Source: Tubiluchus corallicola (lineage: Eukaryota > Animalia > Priapulida). Taken from it: a DNA stretch of 64,000 bases. Location of the stretch: NCBI GenBank assembly GCA_030141605.1, contig JAQGDQ010000413.1, positions 141,283-205,282 of the forward strand, given 5' to 3'. The number at the start of each line of letters is the position of its first letter. The first letter of the stretch is position 1. The position numbers and the translations under genes were made by a program. The notes under the pieces were generated by a model. The model was given only the letters and a program-made list of their open reading frames with translations. It was not told the DNA's origin and did not search any database. Shown here piece after piece: positions 60,526 to 64,000 of this stretch.

Positions 60526-61421
60526 ACTCACAAGTACAAAACACACCATGTTATACTATGCACAGGTCTCAAGGTTATTATGTGCATTAAGTAGTAGTAT
60601 ACAGAACCAGATTTGCACACACAAGTACCAAACACACCATATTATACTATGCATAGGTCTCAAGGTTATTATGTGCATTAAGTAGTAGTATACAGAGCCA
60701 GATTTGCACACACAAGTACCAAACACACCATATTATACTATGCATAGGTCTCAAGGTTATTATGTGCATTAAGTAGTAGTATACAGAGCCAGATTTGCAC
60801 ACACAAGTACCAAACACACCATATTATACTATGCATAGGTCTCAAGGTTATTATGTGCATTAAGTAGTAGTATACAGAGCCAGATTTGCACACACAAGTA
60901 CCAAACACACCATATTATACTATGCATAGGTCTCAAGGTTATTATGTGCATTAAGTAGTAGTATACAGAGCCAGATTTGCACACACAAGTACCAAACACA
61001 CCATATTATACTATGCATAGGTCTCAAGGTTATTATGTGCATTAAGTAGTAGTATACAGAGCCAGATTTGCACACACAAGTACCAAACACACCATATTAT
61101 ACTATGCATAGGTCTCAAGGTTATTATGTGCATTAAGTAGTAGTATACAGAGCCAGATTTGCACACACAAGTTTTATACTATGCATAGGTCTCAAGGTTA
61201 TTATGTGCATTAAGTAGTAGTATACAGAGCCAGATTTGCACACACAAGTACCAAACACACCATATTATACTATGCATAGGTCTCAAGGTTATTATGTGCA
61301 TTAAGTAGTAGTATACAGAGCCAGATTTGCACACACAAGTACCAAACACACCATATTATACTATGCACAGGTCTCAAGGTTATTATGTGCATTAAGTAGT
61401 AGTATACAGAGCCAGATTTGC
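60526..61421. repeat. 91-bp tandem repeat, ~10 copies
   Basis: Period 91 (60661 to 60752); one unit near 61170 has a short deletion. Confidence 0.97.
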
Positions 61422-61965
61422 AGTCTGCAAGCTTTATAACTATAATGGTTGGCTATAATCACGTTTATTGATGTAGTTTTTATCTCACCTGTTTGAGTGC
61501 CTGGGCTTCAGGTAGAGAGCAAGCATATTATGCAATGCTCAGCCGGGCGTGACGTAACTCCATACAAAATCATGGCTCGCGAGTCACGAAGCCATACATG
61601 CAAAGTACATTTCGGTGCCATTACGAGCCGGAAGCATGCAAATGAAAATTTCGTTCAATGAGGTTCGAGATTGCTATCAGAGACACGCGCAAAAGGCGGC
61701 TTTCACGCCAACACGATGTGTAAACGACGTGTATACAATGTTATGTACCGTTGCTAACACCATGTTAGACTGAAATGATTTTCAAAATCCGTTTAATCAA
61801 TTACAAAGTGGCTTTTGTTTAATAACGTTTCGTGTTTAACGCTGCGTATTGCAGCTTTTTCAACTTCAATGGTCATTTTGTTGAATTCAACTGCAGTCGT
61901 CCCGAGATGAGTTAATAAATGTTTCGCTTTAGCCCATTAATTACACTTAACCAATTAATAGAGAG

Positions 61966-62004
<39 letters not shown>

Positions 62005-62030
62005 TTAACAATTGCACGTTAGGAGTCCTT

Positions 62031-62406
<376 letters not shown>

Positions 62407-62838
62407 GAGGCAGTATGTTCGCATAAAGCAAAAAAATGTAACTTTGGCGCGAGGCCCCGGGGAAGTATCCCCACTTACCCCCCCCCCCCCCGAAATAGGC
62501 CCTGTGTTCTTCTTCAAGAATAAAGCATACATATGCAAATTTATTTAGCTGCTGCTACTACTTGCTGCTGCTGCTGTAGTTGTCGCTGTTGTCATTTTCC
62601 GTTTCGGATTCACCTTTACTTCTGCAGTAGACTGAAATGTGCCTATTGATTTAAAGGTATGCAGTAACTGACTATTGTACAAGCTAGAAGAAGTTTAGAG
62701 TAAATCTTTGGTTTTCTTTCTTTTCTTCGCAAGAAGTAACTTTACACATCTGAACCTACGTGAATTTTGTGGTTTCTGAGATAAAGTAAATAGGTTTATG
62801 TTTAAAGCTTACTCAAAAATTAAAAATTAAAAACTACC

Positions 62839-63198
<360 letters not shown>

Positions 63199-63859
63199 AT
63201 GGAGAAATGGTAGCTCTGTCTATGTTCGTTTTATCATTTCGTTTAAAACAATTCTCCAATTTCTACCCGTGGAAACAAAGAAAAAGCTGTGCATCTAACT
63301 TGGACATACATCGCCATTATGACAACTATCTTACTCACACATTAATGCACGTGTAGCATGAGTGTAAATAAGATTTACACCTGAGCTTGTGACCAAAGAA
63401 ATATGATCTGCACTTCTGATTATTGTATAAAGCTGCGTGTCTTGAGGGAGACGTAAACATCTTAGCTTAAATTATAAACAATGGTCCGTAATGCATGACC
63501 AGTGTCGTCTGGCATAATGCGTTATGGTGTACGCGTGTAATACGTAATCTGATTATCCTATTACTTTCCACCATTTCGAAGGAATCAGATTCTACCGAAG
63601 AATAAAATCTGACACTATTTGTTTCATTGAGCTTGATATTGCCTGCCACGTGTAGATCTCTGGTAGAGAGATACGTCTGCTAATGCTTACGCTTTCTTCA
63701 ATCCAAATGAACAAATGAGTGAATGAATTGAGAAGTGATCGAACGAATCAGTAGATCAAGCAGGCGAGAAGGAAGTGATGCAGGACATGTAGATAGAAAA
63801 AAATAAATAAAGACAGAAAAATGCTTAAAAGAAAGAAAGACATAAAAAAGAACGAACAA

Positions 63860-63995
63860 ACGAAAGAAAAAAGAAAGAAAGAAAAAAGAAGGAAAGAAAG
63901 AAAGAAAGAAAAAAAGAAGGAAGGAAAGAAAGAAAAAAGAAGGAAGGAAAGAAAGAAAGAAAAAAAGAAGGAAGGAAAGAAAGAAAGAAAAAGAA
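63860..63995. repeat. (GAAA/GGAA)n purine tract
   Basis: Direct. Confidence 0.9.
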
Positions 63996-64000
63996 ATTTC

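Overview
AT-rich metazoan (eukaryotic) genomic DNA that looks like intron or gene desert. I cannot support any host protein-coding exon, and there are no prokaryotic features. The window is a mosaic of five things. (1) Long simple-sequence repeats and five local minisatellite/satellite arrays (17, 63, 51, 84 and 91 bp units), plus a pentamer-grammar array. (2) Non-LTR retrotransposon pieces, including one uninterrupted 5'-truncated RT ORF (787-2544) embedded in a (CT)n tract and many CR1/L2/Crack-type 3' ends. (3) Non-autonomous retroposons: tRNA-headed SINEs, two bipartite RTE elements, and a full-length 5S-rRNA-headed element with an RTE body, RTE tail and 12-bp TSD (49785-50331), which is the most distinctive item. 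(4) DNA-transposon derivatives: three TTAA-flanked Kolobok-like copies, an internally deleted mariner and a TA-flanked MITE. (5) Several repeat-free islands that may be enhancers. Also notable are a LINE family with a conserved C-terminal FI[YF]PRP[FY]* peptide and a candidate 3' pseudoknot, an 85-bp apparent TSD, inverted microsatellite cassettes, a CRE-motif array and a 5-unit higher-order repeat. Clade names come from motif recall, not database searches.
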